DNA of 64,000 bases from an uncultured delta proteobacterium (GCA_963793865.1 CAWCBP010000014.1:160001-224000), one strand, 5' to 3'. Shown: positions 19,309 to 29,901, counted from the first letter of the stretch. A program made the numbers and translations. The notes: generated by a model from the sequence alone, not told the origin.

Positions 19309-19752
19309 CTATGCTTTTGCCGTCTTAAAGGCGTTGTTTTTCCAGAATTGCAGGCTGGAGGCCAGGAGCGCGGTACCGATGGAGAGATCAAGCACGGCAA
19401 CAGCGCACAGCCAGCCGAACTTGCCGGTTGCCATGCGTGACATGGTTGCTCCAACCGGGATGATGATGGCAAGAAAAATGAGCATGCCCGGGCGGAAGAA
19501 TTGCCATAGCTTGGGATTGGTCAGCGATTGGATCCTTTTGACATTTTTCTTGCAGGCATGGTTAAAGATGAGCAGCGTCTTTATTAATCCGATGGTAATG
19601 CCGAGAATCGGCGCCAGGTAAATCCAGAAGGAAACGGGGTCCAGCGCGTAGGCTTCCCTGATAAGTGCCCACGCCTTGAGAAAAAGCGCTATTCCGCCTC
19701 CGTACCAGGTAAAGGCTGCCAGTATCATCAGGGTAAGTTTTGATACGATCAT
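19309..19752 (-). CDS. Hypothetical membrane protein (about 4 TM segments)
   Basis: Hydrophobic segments; RBS AGGAG. Confidence 0.75.
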   Translation of the reverse strand: MIVSKLTLMILAAFTWYGGGIALFLKAWALIREAYALDPVSFWIYLAPILGITIGLIKTLLIFNHACKKNVKRIQSLTNPKLWQFFRPGMLIFLAIIIPVGATMSRMATGKFGWLCAVAVLDLSIGTALLASSLQFWKNNAFKTAKA

Positions 19753-19936
19753 ACCTTCTCCTTTTTGAGTTAACCGTCGTATGAAGCAGAAAAATCAATC
19801 CGGATCATACCTTAAAGAGGGCAAATTATAGGAACATTTTGCCGGCGTGTCAATGAAAAAGCAGTCAAGCCGTTAGCGTGTGGCCATTCATAAGCAGCTT
19901 TAGTTATGATGGACACCACACATTCCAACTTTTTTA

Positions 19937-19965
19937 TTGACCTCAGTGCTTTATTATTTTATGCT
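19937..19965 (+). promoter_or_regulatory. Sigma70-type promoter for the DUF3015 gene
   Basis: TTGACC-17 bp-TATGCT. Confidence 0.6.
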
Positions 19966-20127
19966 TATTATATATTACGAATATGGGTAGATTTGCAGCA
20001 GACAGATATATATTCTGAAGGATGGCACTGCAACTTTTTCAAAGGATGAAGGGGGGTGATCAGGGTTCGCAAATATTGATGATGGAGAACTAACCATTAG
20101 TAACTACTCACACAAGGAGGGAATTAC

Positions 20128-20592
20128 ATGAAGAAGATTTTATTCGTACTGGTTATTTCCGTGTTAACGTGCAGTCTGGCTTATGCGGCCGGTCCTCGCA
20201 GCAACTGCGGATGCGGGTTTGGCACAATGCTGTTCAAAAATAATGATGGCCTGCTTTCTCAAACCGCTGCAGCTACCACAAACGGTCTCCTGGGGAATCA
20301 GACCTTCGGCATATCTTCCGGAACACTCGAATGCAATCAGCCGGCAGAATTATATGCCCGTGAACAGCTGCAAAAATTTGTGGCATCAAATATGGACAGT
20401 GTTGCAAAAGACATTGCGCGGGGAAACGGCGAATCTCTGGATACGCTGGCCGAACTGATGCAGGTGCCGGTTGAAAAACGTGACACGTTTAATGCGCAGC
20501 TCCAGCAAAACTTTGACAACATATTCACATCAGCGCACGTAACCGAAACGGAAGTCATCGAGAACATCATTACCGTAACCCAGTCAAGTTAA
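20128..20592 (+). CDS. DUF3015 family secreted protein
   Basis: Signal peptide; GCGFG, TFGISSGTLEC, DIARGNGESL. Confidence 0.85.
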   Translation: MKKILFVLVISVLTCSLAYAAGPRSNCGCGFGTMLFKNNDGLLSQTAAATTNGLLGNQTFGISSGTLECNQPAELYAREQLQKFVASNMDSVAKDIARGNGESLDTLAELMQVPVEKRDTFNAQLQQNFDNIFTSAHVTETEVIENIITVTQSS

Positions 20593-20605
20593 TCACTACT
20601 CTCTT

Positions 20606-22537
20606 GTGAGCGGTCCTGTGAGGAGATGTGGATTTGTAAAAAAAACCATATCTCCTTTTTTATTGATTTCACTCGTGGTTTTCTTGTGTGCAGTTCCTGG
20701 TGAGCTGAGGGGGGGAGAACTGTCTTACCCCGATCAGCTCATCCTGCTTGCCCATCAAAAGCGGTTGCATGAAGATCCCTACTGGCGGATTCTGCTCCAT
20801 TATCAAAATAAGCTTTTCGGCGTGCAGAGTCTGATCGATGACCCGCAGTTCTTCTTGTCTGTTGAAGGAAAAGAAAATCCCATGGCAGAACTTGATGCCA
20901 CGCTGCGGGCATTTTTTCAGGATGATACGGTAAGCGCGGGGAGTTCGATATGCCGGTTTGTAGCCCGCTACACGTGGCTCAAGGAAAAACTCTCCATTGA
21001 CGCATCAAAGCTGCCGGCAGGCGGGTGTTCAGAATTCAACAAAACAATGGAGCTGATCAAACCGCAATCGGCGACCCTCATTTTCCCGGCTGCCTACATG
21101 AACAACCCTGCGTCCATGTTCGGCCACACCTTGATCAATATTGAAACTCCGTCACAAAGTAAACTCTTATCCCACGCCGTTAATTATTCCGCCTATACCC
21201 AGGAAAACAACGGGGTTGTTTTTGCCGTCAAGGGTATAGGGGGATTTTACAAAGGCTATTTCTCAATCCTTCCCTATTATGAAAAAGTGCAGGAGTACAA
21301 TGATATCAGCCACAGGGATATATGGGAATACCGCCTCAATCTTACCGAAGATGAAGTGCGTAATATGGTCATGCACATATGGGAGCTGCAGAAAATATAT
21401 TCTTACTACTATTTCTTCGGGGAAAATTGTTCTTATAACCTTCTTTTTCTGCTCGACGCTGCCCGACCATCACTGAGAATGGTGGACCGGTTCAAATGGT
21501 GGGTCATCCCCATCGATACGGTTAAAGCTCTTTACAGCTCCGGCCTGGTCGAGTCTGTACACTACAGACCTGCACAGGCAACAAAAATACGGTATATGTC
21601 TTCGATAATGAAGAGCCGGAGCAGAAAAATGGCTGAAACCATCGCAGAAAATGCAATGGATCCTGCCCTTTTGCTCAACACGCACGATTCCCTGGAAGAC
21701 AAGATAAAAATCCTGGATTTGGCAGTAGAGTATCTCCAGTACCGTTATGGTAAGGAAAAAGTTTCGCGGGATGACTATTCCTCCCTTTTTCTGAGCATCC
21801 TCACGGCACGGAGCACCCTGGGAAGACCTGAGGGGCTTGATTATGCCGTACCGCGTCCCACCAGCCCGGAAAAGGGGCACGGCTCAAAGAGGCTGTCCGT
21901 GGGTTTCGGTTATGGAGAAGACAGATCCTTTCAGGAAATACGCTTGCGGCCGGCTTATCATGACCTGATGGATGATGATGCCGGATACATCCCCGGATCG
22001 CAAATCCAGTTTTGTGATACCCGACTGCGTTACTATTTCTCAGACCGGAAATTTGAACTGGAGGAATTTAATCTCATAGATATAATTTCCCTTTCGGAAC
22101 GGGATATGTTTTTCAAGCCTTTCTCATGGAAAGCGCAAACCGGTCTCATGCAAAAAAGACGGGATGATGGAGATAATCATCTCATTTATTACCTGAGCAC
22201 CGGCGGCGGATTCGCATACCGAAACAGGTTCCTGGGTTTATATTACGGGATGATGGAATCAGATCTGAATTTCGGAGGTTCATTTGAATCAAATCATGCA
22301 CTGGGTGCCGGTGCTTCAATGGGACTTCAGAAGAAAATCACCGGTTTCTGGAAATTACATCTTCACGGAAAAGCACTGTATTATCCGGTGGGGGATGAAC
22401 ACAAGAGTTATGAGCTGTCACTTGCACAAAACATTACCCTCAGCCCGGCTCACGCCTTTACTGCAAAATTGTCCCGAACTAAAACTTTTGGATTCTACGA
22501 GACTGAAGCGGTTTTCATGTGGAACATTTATTTTTGA
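20606..22537 (+). CDS. DUF4105 (Lnb N-terminal-like) domain protein with probable C-terminal beta-barrel
   Basis: NNPASMFGHT, YYFFGENCSY, RPAYHDLMD; C-terminal WNIYF. Confidence 0.85.
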   Translation: MSGPVRRCGFVKKTISPFLLISLVVFLCAVPGELRGGELSYPDQLILLAHQKRLHEDPYWRILLHYQNKLFGVQSLIDDPQFFLSVEGKENPMAELDATLRAFFQDDTVSAGSSICRFVARYTWLKEKLSIDASKLPAGGCSEFNKTMELIKPQSATLIFPAAYMNNPASMFGHTLINIETPSQSKLLSHAVNYSAYTQENNGVVFAVKGIGGFYKGYFSILPYYEKVQEYNDISHRDIWEYRLNLTEDEVRNMVMHIWELQKIYSYYYFFGENCSYNLLFLLDAARPSLRMVDRFKWWVIPIDTVKALYSSGLVESVHYRPAQATKIRYMSSIMKSRSRKMAETIAENAMDPALLLNTHDSLEDKIKILDLAVEYLQYRYGKEKVSRDDYSSLFLSILTARSTLGRPEGLDYAVPRPTSPEKGHGSKRLSVGFGYGEDRSFQEIRLRPAYHDLMDDDAGYIPGSQIQFCDTRLRYYFSDRKFELEEFNLIDIISLSERDMFFKPFSWKAQTGLMQKRRDDGDNHLIYYLSTGGGFAYRNRFLGLYYGMMESDLNFGGSFESNHALGAGASMGLQKKITGFWKLHLHGKALYYPVGDEHKSYELSLAQNITLSPAHAFTAKLSRTKTFGFYETEAVFMWNIYF

Positions 22538-22600
22538 TCAAGGCTGCAGGATTGTTTCAAGTAATACAGAGCGATGAAAACTTCGGGCATGAAGCCAGGT

Positions 22601-22648
22601 GTAGGAGCGGCTTTCAGCCGCGAATGTATCGCGCCTGAAGGCGCTCCT
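22601..22648. repeat. GTAG-type REP pair
   Basis: GTAGGAGCGGCTTTCAGCCGCGA followed by inverted TCGCGCCTGAAGGCGCTCCT. Confidence 0.7.
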
Positions 22649-22777
22649 GGCGAAATTTCCCCATTGACTCCGATTATTTGATTTTTAGTTGCAACAATGG
22701 AATAGTATGAGTTAGGATCAACAGTGAAGAGATTTTGAATCGGTTGCGGCTTCCGGATCCGGATTGTGGAGAGAATC

Positions 22778-24748
22778 ATGAGTAAGGCAACAGATGTGTT
22801 TGGCTGGAGAGGGAAAGTACTGCGGGCGGACCTCACCACCGGCAAGGTGTGGGATGAGGACCTTCAGCGAAAATATATGGAAGGATATATCGGCGGTGCG
22901 GGTATTAACGCCCGTTTGCTCTACGACCTCTTGCGCCATAATCCCCATGTAGCCTCCCTGTCACCGGAGAATCCCCTCATTTTCGGCTGCGGGCCCATGG
23001 TCGGGACAATCTTTCCCAGCGCAAGCCGCTTTACTGTAACCGGGAAGAGTCCTCTCACCGGGATTTTTGGTGACAGCAACGCCGGCGGATGGTTTCCGGT
23101 CCGCATGAAGCAGGCAGGATATGATCATATTGTGATCCAGGGGAAGGCGGACCGCCCCGTCGCCCTTCTCATTGAACCGGGAAAGCGGCCCGAAATTATT
23201 GACGCGGCAGAGTTCTGGGGCCTTGATATGTATGAGACCGACAAAAAATTCCATGATCTGTGCGGCAATTGTGATACGGCGCGGATCGGCCCGGCCGGGG
23301 AAAATCTGGTCAAATATGCGAACATCCAGTCGGGAACCAAAAGGGTCAGCACCAACGGCCGCACCGGCATGGGATGCCTCATGGGTTCAAAAAACCTCAA
23401 GGCCATCGTGATTACAGTAGCAAAGGGTGCCGGCACGGTGCCGGTCGCTGACCAAAAAAGAACCGACGAGCTTGCGCGCTATTACCGGAACGCATGGCTT
23501 AAGGGACCGGGCACGACGCTAAAACGGCAGTACGGCACGCTGACCAACTATTCACAGATTGCCGAGCATACCCGGATCAAGAATGAGCAGGAGCAGCTGA
23601 CTGCGGAACAGGTTGATGCCTATGATCTGGATCTTTTTACCGGCACGTTCAAAACAGGGCAGACCGCCTGCTATCGTTGCCCGGTGGCCTGCTCGCAAAA
23701 ATGGGAGATCAAGGACGGTCCGTATCGCGGTGACAAGGGAGACAAGCTGGAATACGGCCACCTGCTCAACCTCGGGCCCAATCTGGGCATTTTTGAATTT
23801 CCCGCAATGCTGCATCTGGCGGACGTGTGCAACCGGCTGGGAATGGATTGCATTCAGTTCGGCTATAATATGGCCGCTGCCATGGAGTGCTATCAGCGCG
23901 GCATTCTGGGTTCCGAGGCAACGGGAGGTTCGAACTTAAAATGGGGGGATGCCCGGGTAGTGGAAAAATGTATGCGCATGACGTCACGGCGCGAGGGTTT
24001 CGGCAACCTGCTTGCGGAAAATGCTCCGACCATGGCATCACAGCTGGGGGACGATGCCGTGCCCTATGGCTTCCATACCAAGGGCATGTCCTTTCCGTTC
24101 AGCTGCACCTACGCCCTGCCCATGAGCCTGGCTTCGTCGGTCGCTACACGGGGGGGAGACCATCTGAAGGGGCATCCCTTTGCGGCGATCATCGGTCACC
24201 AGGAGATGCTGGAAAAAATGTTCGGCAAGGATATTCCTCCTGAAGCAGCCGATCACACCAGCCCGGTGGCGAAGGGGAGGGTTGTCTGGTGGCAGGAAAA
24301 CTATAAAATGATCATGGACTGTATCGGACTCTGCTTCCTGCCCATTGTCAACTCAAATGTCTGGAGTGATCCGCTGATCATGGCAAAAGAGATGGGCGAG
24401 ATGTATCAGGCCATAACCGGCTATGATTCTGTCGGGCTTTTCACCTCAGCCGAGCGGGCCTACCAGATCGAGCGATGCTTCAACGCGCTGCTGGGAATCA
24501 GCCGCAAGGATGATGCCAGGAAAGGCACAACGAGGGGAGAGAAGGATCCGGTCAATCTCCCGGGCATGCTTGATGAATATTATCTGTACCGGGGCTGCTC
24601 TTCGGACGGGCTGCCGACGAGGAAACGGCTTGAGGAACTGGGCATGAAAGACGTTGCTCTAGATCTTGCCGTCAATCAAAAGCTTGCCGAGCAGGAATGT
24701 CCATCAATCTCCGAGCTGCTTAAGAATTCCGATGATGTCAGGGGATAG
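22778..24748 (+). CDS. aor: Aldehyde:ferredoxin oxidoreductase family (W/Mo-pterin)
   Basis: KSPLTG, IGPAGENLV, GRTGMGCLMGSKNLKAI, CYRCPVAC, RGGDHL. Confidence 0.92.
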   Translation: MSKATDVFGWRGKVLRADLTTGKVWDEDLQRKYMEGYIGGAGINARLLYDLLRHNPHVASLSPENPLIFGCGPMVGTIFPSASRFTVTGKSPLTGIFGDSNAGGWFPVRMKQAGYDHIVIQGKADRPVALLIEPGKRPEIIDAAEFWGLDMYETDKKFHDLCGNCDTARIGPAGENLVKYANIQSGTKRVSTNGRTGMGCLMGSKNLKAIVITVAKGAGTVPVADQKRTDELARYYRNAWLKGPGTTLKRQYGTLTNYSQIAEHTRIKNEQEQLTAEQVDAYDLDLFTGTFKTGQTACYRCPVACSQKWEIKDGPYRGDKGDKLEYGHLLNLGPNLGIFEFPAMLHLADVCNRLGMDCIQFGYNMAAAMECYQRGILGSEATGGSNLKWGDARVVEKCMRMTSRREGFGNLLAENAPTMASQLGDDAVPYGFHTKGMSFPFSCTYALPMSLASSVATRGGDHLKGHPFAAIIGHQEMLEKMFGKDIPPEAADHTSPVAKGRVVWWQENYKMIMDCIGLCFLPIVNSNVWSDPLIMAKEMGEMYQAITGYDSVGLFTSAERAYQIERCFNALLGISRKDDARKGTTRGEKDPVNLPGMLDEYYLYRGCSSDGLPTRKRLEELGMKDVALDLAVNQKLAEQECPSISELLKNSDDVRG

Positions 24749-24902
24749 AGAAGATCGGCTGAATATCCGTTTTAAATGGGTAAAGATTTCTCAGTCGCTA
24801 TAGCTCCTTCGAAATGACGTCCGCCATAGCATTCTAAAATGTGAGTTTAGACATCCATGAGAAGAGTTATGGTTAATCATTTCTGATGGACAAGGAGGAC
24901 AA

Positions 24903-25358
24903 GTGCTTACAAAAGCAGTGTTAACCGGGGTCATATTTGACGAGATGTATACAGATCCGGCAAAGGGCAGTGTGCGATTCGAGTTTCTTCCTGATATCCA
25001 AACCCTCCATTTGCAATGGTACGGTATACTGTCACATGAAGATCATACCAAATATGCTGAGATGACGATTGAATGCGTTACGCAAAAAAAAGCGATACGG
25101 TGGATTGGTGATGTTTCCCACATTATTGAACCGCTGCCGGTAGACATAGCACATTATATTGCTGATTCCTGGTTCCCGGCAGTGGTAAAAAGGGGAATCG
25201 GGAAAATAGCTATCGTGATGCCCGCGGTTGACAGGGTCAGGCCGTCCGCCGGCAAAATCGGTGAAGTGCTTGCCCTGAAGCACGGGGAGTTGCTTAAAAC
25301 CTTTCCCATTGAAGTGTTTAACGGCAGGCAGGAAGCCCGGGAATGGATCAGCAGGTAA
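24903..25358 (+). CDS. Hypothetical STAS/SEC14 (SpoIIAA-like) protein
   Basis: RBS AAGGAGG plus GTG; WFPAVVKRGIGKIAIV..F....EAREW pattern. Confidence 0.55.
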   Translation: MLTKAVLTGVIFDEMYTDPAKGSVRFEFLPDIQTLHLQWYGILSHEDHTKYAEMTIECVTQKKAIRWIGDVSHIIEPLPVDIAHYIADSWFPAVVKRGIGKIAIVMPAVDRVRPSAGKIGEVLALKHGELLKTFPIEVFNGRQEAREWISR

Positions 25359-25423
25359 CAGGAAAAGAGTAAACGCGTTTATCATTTTTTCACAACCACC
25401 CATTTATAAAGAGGAGGCAGGTT

Positions 25424-25933
25424 ATGGGAACAAAAGGAAGATCGATAGTCAATATGGATGTGGACGAACTTTTAAAGCTTCTCAATAAGGCATACAGCGA
25501 TGAATGGCTTGCGTACTATCAATACTGGATCGGCGCCAAAATAGTAAAGGGGCCCATGAAAGAGGCTGCCATAACTGAACTTGAGCAGCACGCCACGGAG
25601 GAATTGAGTCACGCGCTGCTGCTGACCGGCAGAATAATTCAGCTCGGGGGGACTCCCGTGACCAAGCCGGCTGACTGGTACAAGATGACCAACTGCGGAT
25701 ATGATGCGCCTGATGACCCCTTTGTCAGGGTTATCCTTGAGCAGAACATCAAGGGAGAACAATGTGCCATCGGTGTATATAGAGACCTGATGACGAAGAC
25801 GCAGCAGGGGGATCCGGTTACCTACAACATAGTGCTGCAGATACTGGAGCAGGAGGTTGAACATGAGGAGGATCTTCAGGCGCTGCTGGAAGATTTTGAT
25901 CTGATGATCAAGGCCACCGCCGGGGGCAGGTAG
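25424..25933 (+). CDS. Ferritin-like protein (DpsL / bacterioferritin-related)
   Basis: DEWLAYYQYW, EELSHA, RIIQLGG, EQCAI, EVEHEED di-iron motifs. Confidence 0.9.
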   Translation: MGTKGRSIVNMDVDELLKLLNKAYSDEWLAYYQYWIGAKIVKGPMKEAAITELEQHATEELSHALLLTGRIIQLGGTPVTKPADWYKMTNCGYDAPDDPFVRVILEQNIKGEQCAIGVYRDLMTKTQQGDPVTYNIVLQILEQEVEHEEDLQALLEDFDLMIKATAGGR

Positions 25934-25942
25934 GGTGACAGT

Positions 25943-26740
25943 TCAACCCCTCACCCCATCCCTCTCCCCAAGATTTGTCTGCGGATGATACGGCCGGCTG
26001 TGTATGATGGTAATGCCTTGGCGGATCAACCATACCGTCAACGGGGTGAAGGGATGTGGCTTATCAGACCCCCACGGCGAACCGTTGTCCACCAGCATTC
26101 GCTTGGGCAATCCATACCGATGAAAAATATCGACCAATTGCTGCCGTACGGTTAGCGTTTGCTCATTGCTGCAGGCGCGTATTCCCAGTGCATAGCGCGA
26201 ATGGTCATCAAGCACGGTCAGTGGATGACAGCGGCCCTGTTCAGCATCAAAATTGCCTTTAAAGTCCATTTGCCAAAGATCATTCGGTGCCACAGCTTCA
26301 AAACGCTGCCAAGCATTGTGCTTAAGTGATTCAGCGGCATCAATGCGACCACGGCGCTGTAAGATGGCGGTGATCGTACTGGCCGCCGGCAGTTTTTGCC
26401 AGCCCAGATGTTGCAAACGCGTGCGGATTTTACGTCCTCCCCAGGCTTTGTGTTCATCTCGAATTGCCAGGATTGCATCTTCCAGTTCATCACTGGTTCT
26501 GGCAGGGCTTGAATGGGGCCTGCGGCGATGATAGGCAAGACCCGGGGAACTGTATCGCAGAAAGCGCTTTATCGATTTATAGGCGGTTTTACGGCTGATA
26601 TTAAAACGTCGAAACAACTTGGCGATATTAGCTGAGTCGGACAATGGAAATCTTATAAATTCTAACAAAGGGGCGAGGGGGAGTTCATGATGATTCCTTT
26701 CTAAGAGTGTAGAGGAAACCAACCGATTCCCTCTCCCCAC
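25943..26740 (-). pseudogene. Truncated IS481-family transposase
   Basis: HTH RRFNISRKTAYK, LWQMDFKG, LDDHSRY, DNGSPWG; ends at YHPQT, before the catalytic Glu; degenerate N-terminus. Confidence 0.85.
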
Positions 26741-26794
26741 TGGGGGAGAGGGTTAGGGTGAGGGGGTATCGTAAATCTATTGCTGGCTAACACT

Positions 26795-26835
26795 AAGAAC
26801 CGGGCGGGAGAGGTAATCGCTCCCGCCCGATTCTT
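26795..26835. terminator. Hairpin terminator downstream of the hydrolase gene
   Basis: Stem CGGGCGGGAG / CTCCCGCCCG with A/T-rich flanks. Confidence 0.65.
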
Positions 26836-26857
26836 TTATCCGGCTCAGCCAATACAA

Positions 26858-27696
26858 TTACGGTGCGTCGCTGTCGACGAACAGATCAAGCGGCGTTGTG
26901 GAGCTGATGGTGAGATTGGCCTTTGACCAGGTGCCGTAGAAGGCGGCGGTTATGAATTTGTTCACACTTTTGGCGATGTCGGTAAAGAAGTAGCTCGGCG
27001 TAGTCATGCAGTTGGTGCATGCCGGGCAGTGCCCGTCGCAAAAACTGCAGTGGAAGAATTTCGGGGAATATCCGCACGGCCCCCACGAGTATACCTTCTT
27101 TACCCGGTAGAAAGCCCGGGGCCGTCAGTATAATAATAAGCAGCTTCGGCAGCATCTGATTTTTCAACAAAGCAGGTGGTGATATTGAAACCCCAGTAGA
27201 TTGCAGGCCCGTCGACATGGCCCGCACCATCAATGTTGTAGGGGTCAATGCTGAACATGCCATCGGCTAAAGAAGAATCGGCGGAAACGGCATTTTGCGC
27301 CGCCTGGCCGCCGGCTGAATGCCCGCCCAGTATCCAATGGGCGACTGAGGTGCAGCCCGTACCCGACATCCAGGTCAGTAGATTGCTCTGCACTTCCAGG
27401 GCACAGTTCCGGTATTTGGCGGCGTCGGTTTTGACCATGTTTCCCGGATTATGGTCCATGACTACCACCACATACCCGTAGGTGTTGGCCATGGCATTAC
27501 CCAGATTGTCATAGTCCGCCCGGGACATGGAGGTGCCCACGCCCAAAATAAAAACTTCGCAGCTTGCAGGCGAAGGACTTTTATAGATGATCCGGTACTG
27601 CCCGATTCCTGTTGTCTTGTCCATGTAATTGGCCTGGGCGGAACAAACCGCTAAAATCATGGACATGCAGATAAAGATAGAAAAAACTTTTTTCAT
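26858..27696 (-). CDS. Secreted alpha/beta hydrolase (chlorophyllase/lipase-like) with Cys-rich tail; frameshift near 27120
   Basis: Signal peptide MKKVFSIF; nucleophile elbow GHSAGG then SIDP; adding one C continues into HCSFCDGHCPACTNC...DSDAP*. Confidence 0.75.
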
Positions 27697-27902
27697 AGCA
27701 ACCCCCCTTTGCGAGAAATCAGATTTTTCCACATTGATACGTTGCATGCTGTTCCCAACAAACTACAAAACCAGTTTCCCCCCCAAACTGGTCTTACCTC
27801 AACCCCTTTCTATGCATCACCTCCTTTCGTGCCGGGTTGAAAAGCTTTTCTTTGCATTAAACTCCTTTGGGAAAAATTGTCAACAAAAAACCAGGCTATA
27901 AA

Positions 27903-29813
27903 TCATCCCCACAAAGCCTCGCGCAGGCCTGAAGCGCGGATTATCCGGCGTGAGACGGCAGTCTTGAAAATCTCCTCCCTTCCCCAGACTTCAACAGCGG
28001 CCTTTGCCCTGGTGATAGCGGTATAGACAAGTTCGCGAGTCAGCACCGGGACGTCCCGGTCAGGCATAAGGAAGAGCACCTTCTCGAATTCAGATCCCTG
28101 GCTCTTGTGCACCGTCATGGCGAAAGCAGTTTCATGTTCCGGAAGTTTTGAAAGGGGAAATTTCCGGAAACTACCATCCGGTTCTGGAAAAAAAACCCGT
28201 AACTTGTCTCTGTTCTCTGGATCAGGCAGGGTAATTCCTATATCACCATTAAAGAGTTTCAGGTTATAATCATTATGGGTAATGAGGATAGGACGTCCTT
28301 GATACAGTTCATCTTTGCTTTTCTTTCTAATGTTAAATAATAAATATTCCACATGTTCATTGAGTTTCTTAATACCATAGGGACCTTCACGCACAGCGCA
28401 CAGAATTCGGAAATTGTTGAAGTGTTCAAAAACCTTAGCAGGCTCGCTCTCTTCTAAATAAGGTGTGAAGCATTCGAGTATAGTTTCCTTCAGAGCCGCA
28501 GGTAAGCTAGGAAGTTCTCTCCACTTAATATCTGTATAAGGACCTTTTGTTAGAAGTTCAAAAGCACATTCGTAGTCTGCTTTATTGACTACCTGACTCA
28601 CTTCTCCAATCCCGCTCTTGTCTTTAAACCTGTGGCTCGTCCTCAGTTGGATGATGGAATCCTGCATTCCGGAGTCACTTTGTTCATCTATATCCTCACC
28701 AATTTTCTCGCCTGTAACTTTCTGATAAGCCTCTGAGATATATCTTGAAAACTTATGGTTATTTCCCGTGTCGCAGATGTCTCCAAGCACCGCTCCCGCG
28801 TCAACTGATGCCAACTGGTCTTTATCACCCAAGAGAATCAGCCGGGCATTTAAGGGAATTGCCTGGATCAGCTTGGACATAAGCGCAAGGTCTATCATCG
28901 ATGCTTCATCCACAACCACTAGGTCCATCGGAAGGGGGTTCTTGGCATCAAAAGGGGGGTAAGGAGAATCCGGGGTCATTTTCAAAAGTCGGTGAATTGT
29001 TGATGATTTTAGATTTTGTATAACCTTCTGGATATTTTGAGGGCAGTTTATCTTTTTAAGGGCATTATTAATGGTTTCTTGCAGCCGCACGGCGGCTTTC
29101 CCCGTAGGTGCAGTAAGCGCAATCCGCAGAGATGAGGTTTGCTGCTGTAGGATAATAGCTAAAATCGAGGCCACGGTATAGGTCTTCCCCGTCCCTGGAC
29201 CACCGGAGATGACACAGAAGTTTTTCATGATGGAAGCAACGACAGCAACCTTCTGTTCTTTGGTGGTATTCTCGGGAAGTTGCTTCATCAGCCCATCTTT
29301 GAACAGCTTTAGGTTAACCTCAACAGGCGTAGTTGCAACACGCGCCTTGATGTTATCAATTAATTTCTTTTCATAGTCCCAATACCGGTAAAGATAAAGC
29401 CTCGATCCATCAAGGATTAGCGGCCTATGATCTCCAGGTTTACCGACCACCTTTTTTACATTAAGGTTTTTCAACCATTTGCCAAGTTCCGGACATAAAG
29501 TTGGATTAAGCTTCTCTTTCGATTGACCCTCAGCCTTCATGGAAATGTCAAAGCATATTTGTCCCTTCCCCCAGTGATGTTTGGTCCAAGCAGTGTCAAA
29601 GGAAAATTCCTCGCCCTTTTTAAAGGACAGTTTTATCATGGTCTCTTTCCCGGCCCGAGACGAAATGTCAAAGCATATATGTCCTTCCCCCCTATAATAG
29701 CTAGCCAAGGCCGCAGCAAGGAAAAGCTCTTTGCTGTCTTTTCCAGACATTTTCACCATAAGCTCGGCAAAATGATAGTCAATAGGTGAAAGGATAATAG
29801 GTTTATCTTCCAT
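27903..29813 (-). CDS. recD: Exodeoxyribonuclease V alpha subunit
   Basis: LYLYRYW, SGGPGTGKT, VDEASMID, LGDKDQL, TVHKSQGSE, YTAITRA. Confidence 0.95.
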   Translation of the reverse strand: MEDKPIILSPIDYHFAELMVKMSGKDSKELFLAAALASYYRGEGHICFDISSRAGKETMIKLSFKKGEEFSFDTAWTKHHWGKGQICFDISMKAEGQSKEKLNPTLCPELGKWLKNLNVKKVVGKPGDHRPLILDGSRLYLYRYWDYEKKLIDNIKARVATTPVEVNLKLFKDGLMKQLPENTTKEQKVAVVASIMKNFCVISGGPGTGKTYTVASILAIILQQQTSSLRIALTAPTGKAAVRLQETINNALKKINCPQNIQKVIQNLKSSTIHRLLKMTPDSPYPPFDAKNPLPMDLVVVDEASMIDLALMSKLIQAIPLNARLILLGDKDQLASVDAGAVLGDICDTGNNHKFSRYISEAYQKVTGEKIGEDIDEQSDSGMQDSIIQLRTSHRFKDKSGIGEVSQVVNKADYECAFELLTKGPYTDIKWRELPSLPAALKETILECFTPYLEESEPAKVFEHFNNFRILCAVREGPYGIKKLNEHVEYLLFNIRKKSKDELYQGRPILITHNDYNLKLFNGDIGITLPDPENRDKLRVFFPEPDGSFRKFPLSKLPEHETAFAMTVHKSQGSEFEKVLFLMPDRDVPVLTRELVYTAITRAKAAVEVWGREEIFKTAVSRRIIRASGLREALWG

Positions 29814-29901
29814 ATCGATCTCTGTTTTAGGCTATTTCATAATTTGCTATCCCTCTTTTAGAGAGAGGATGAAAAATTTATGAAGAGCAAGAAATTGAAT
29901 T

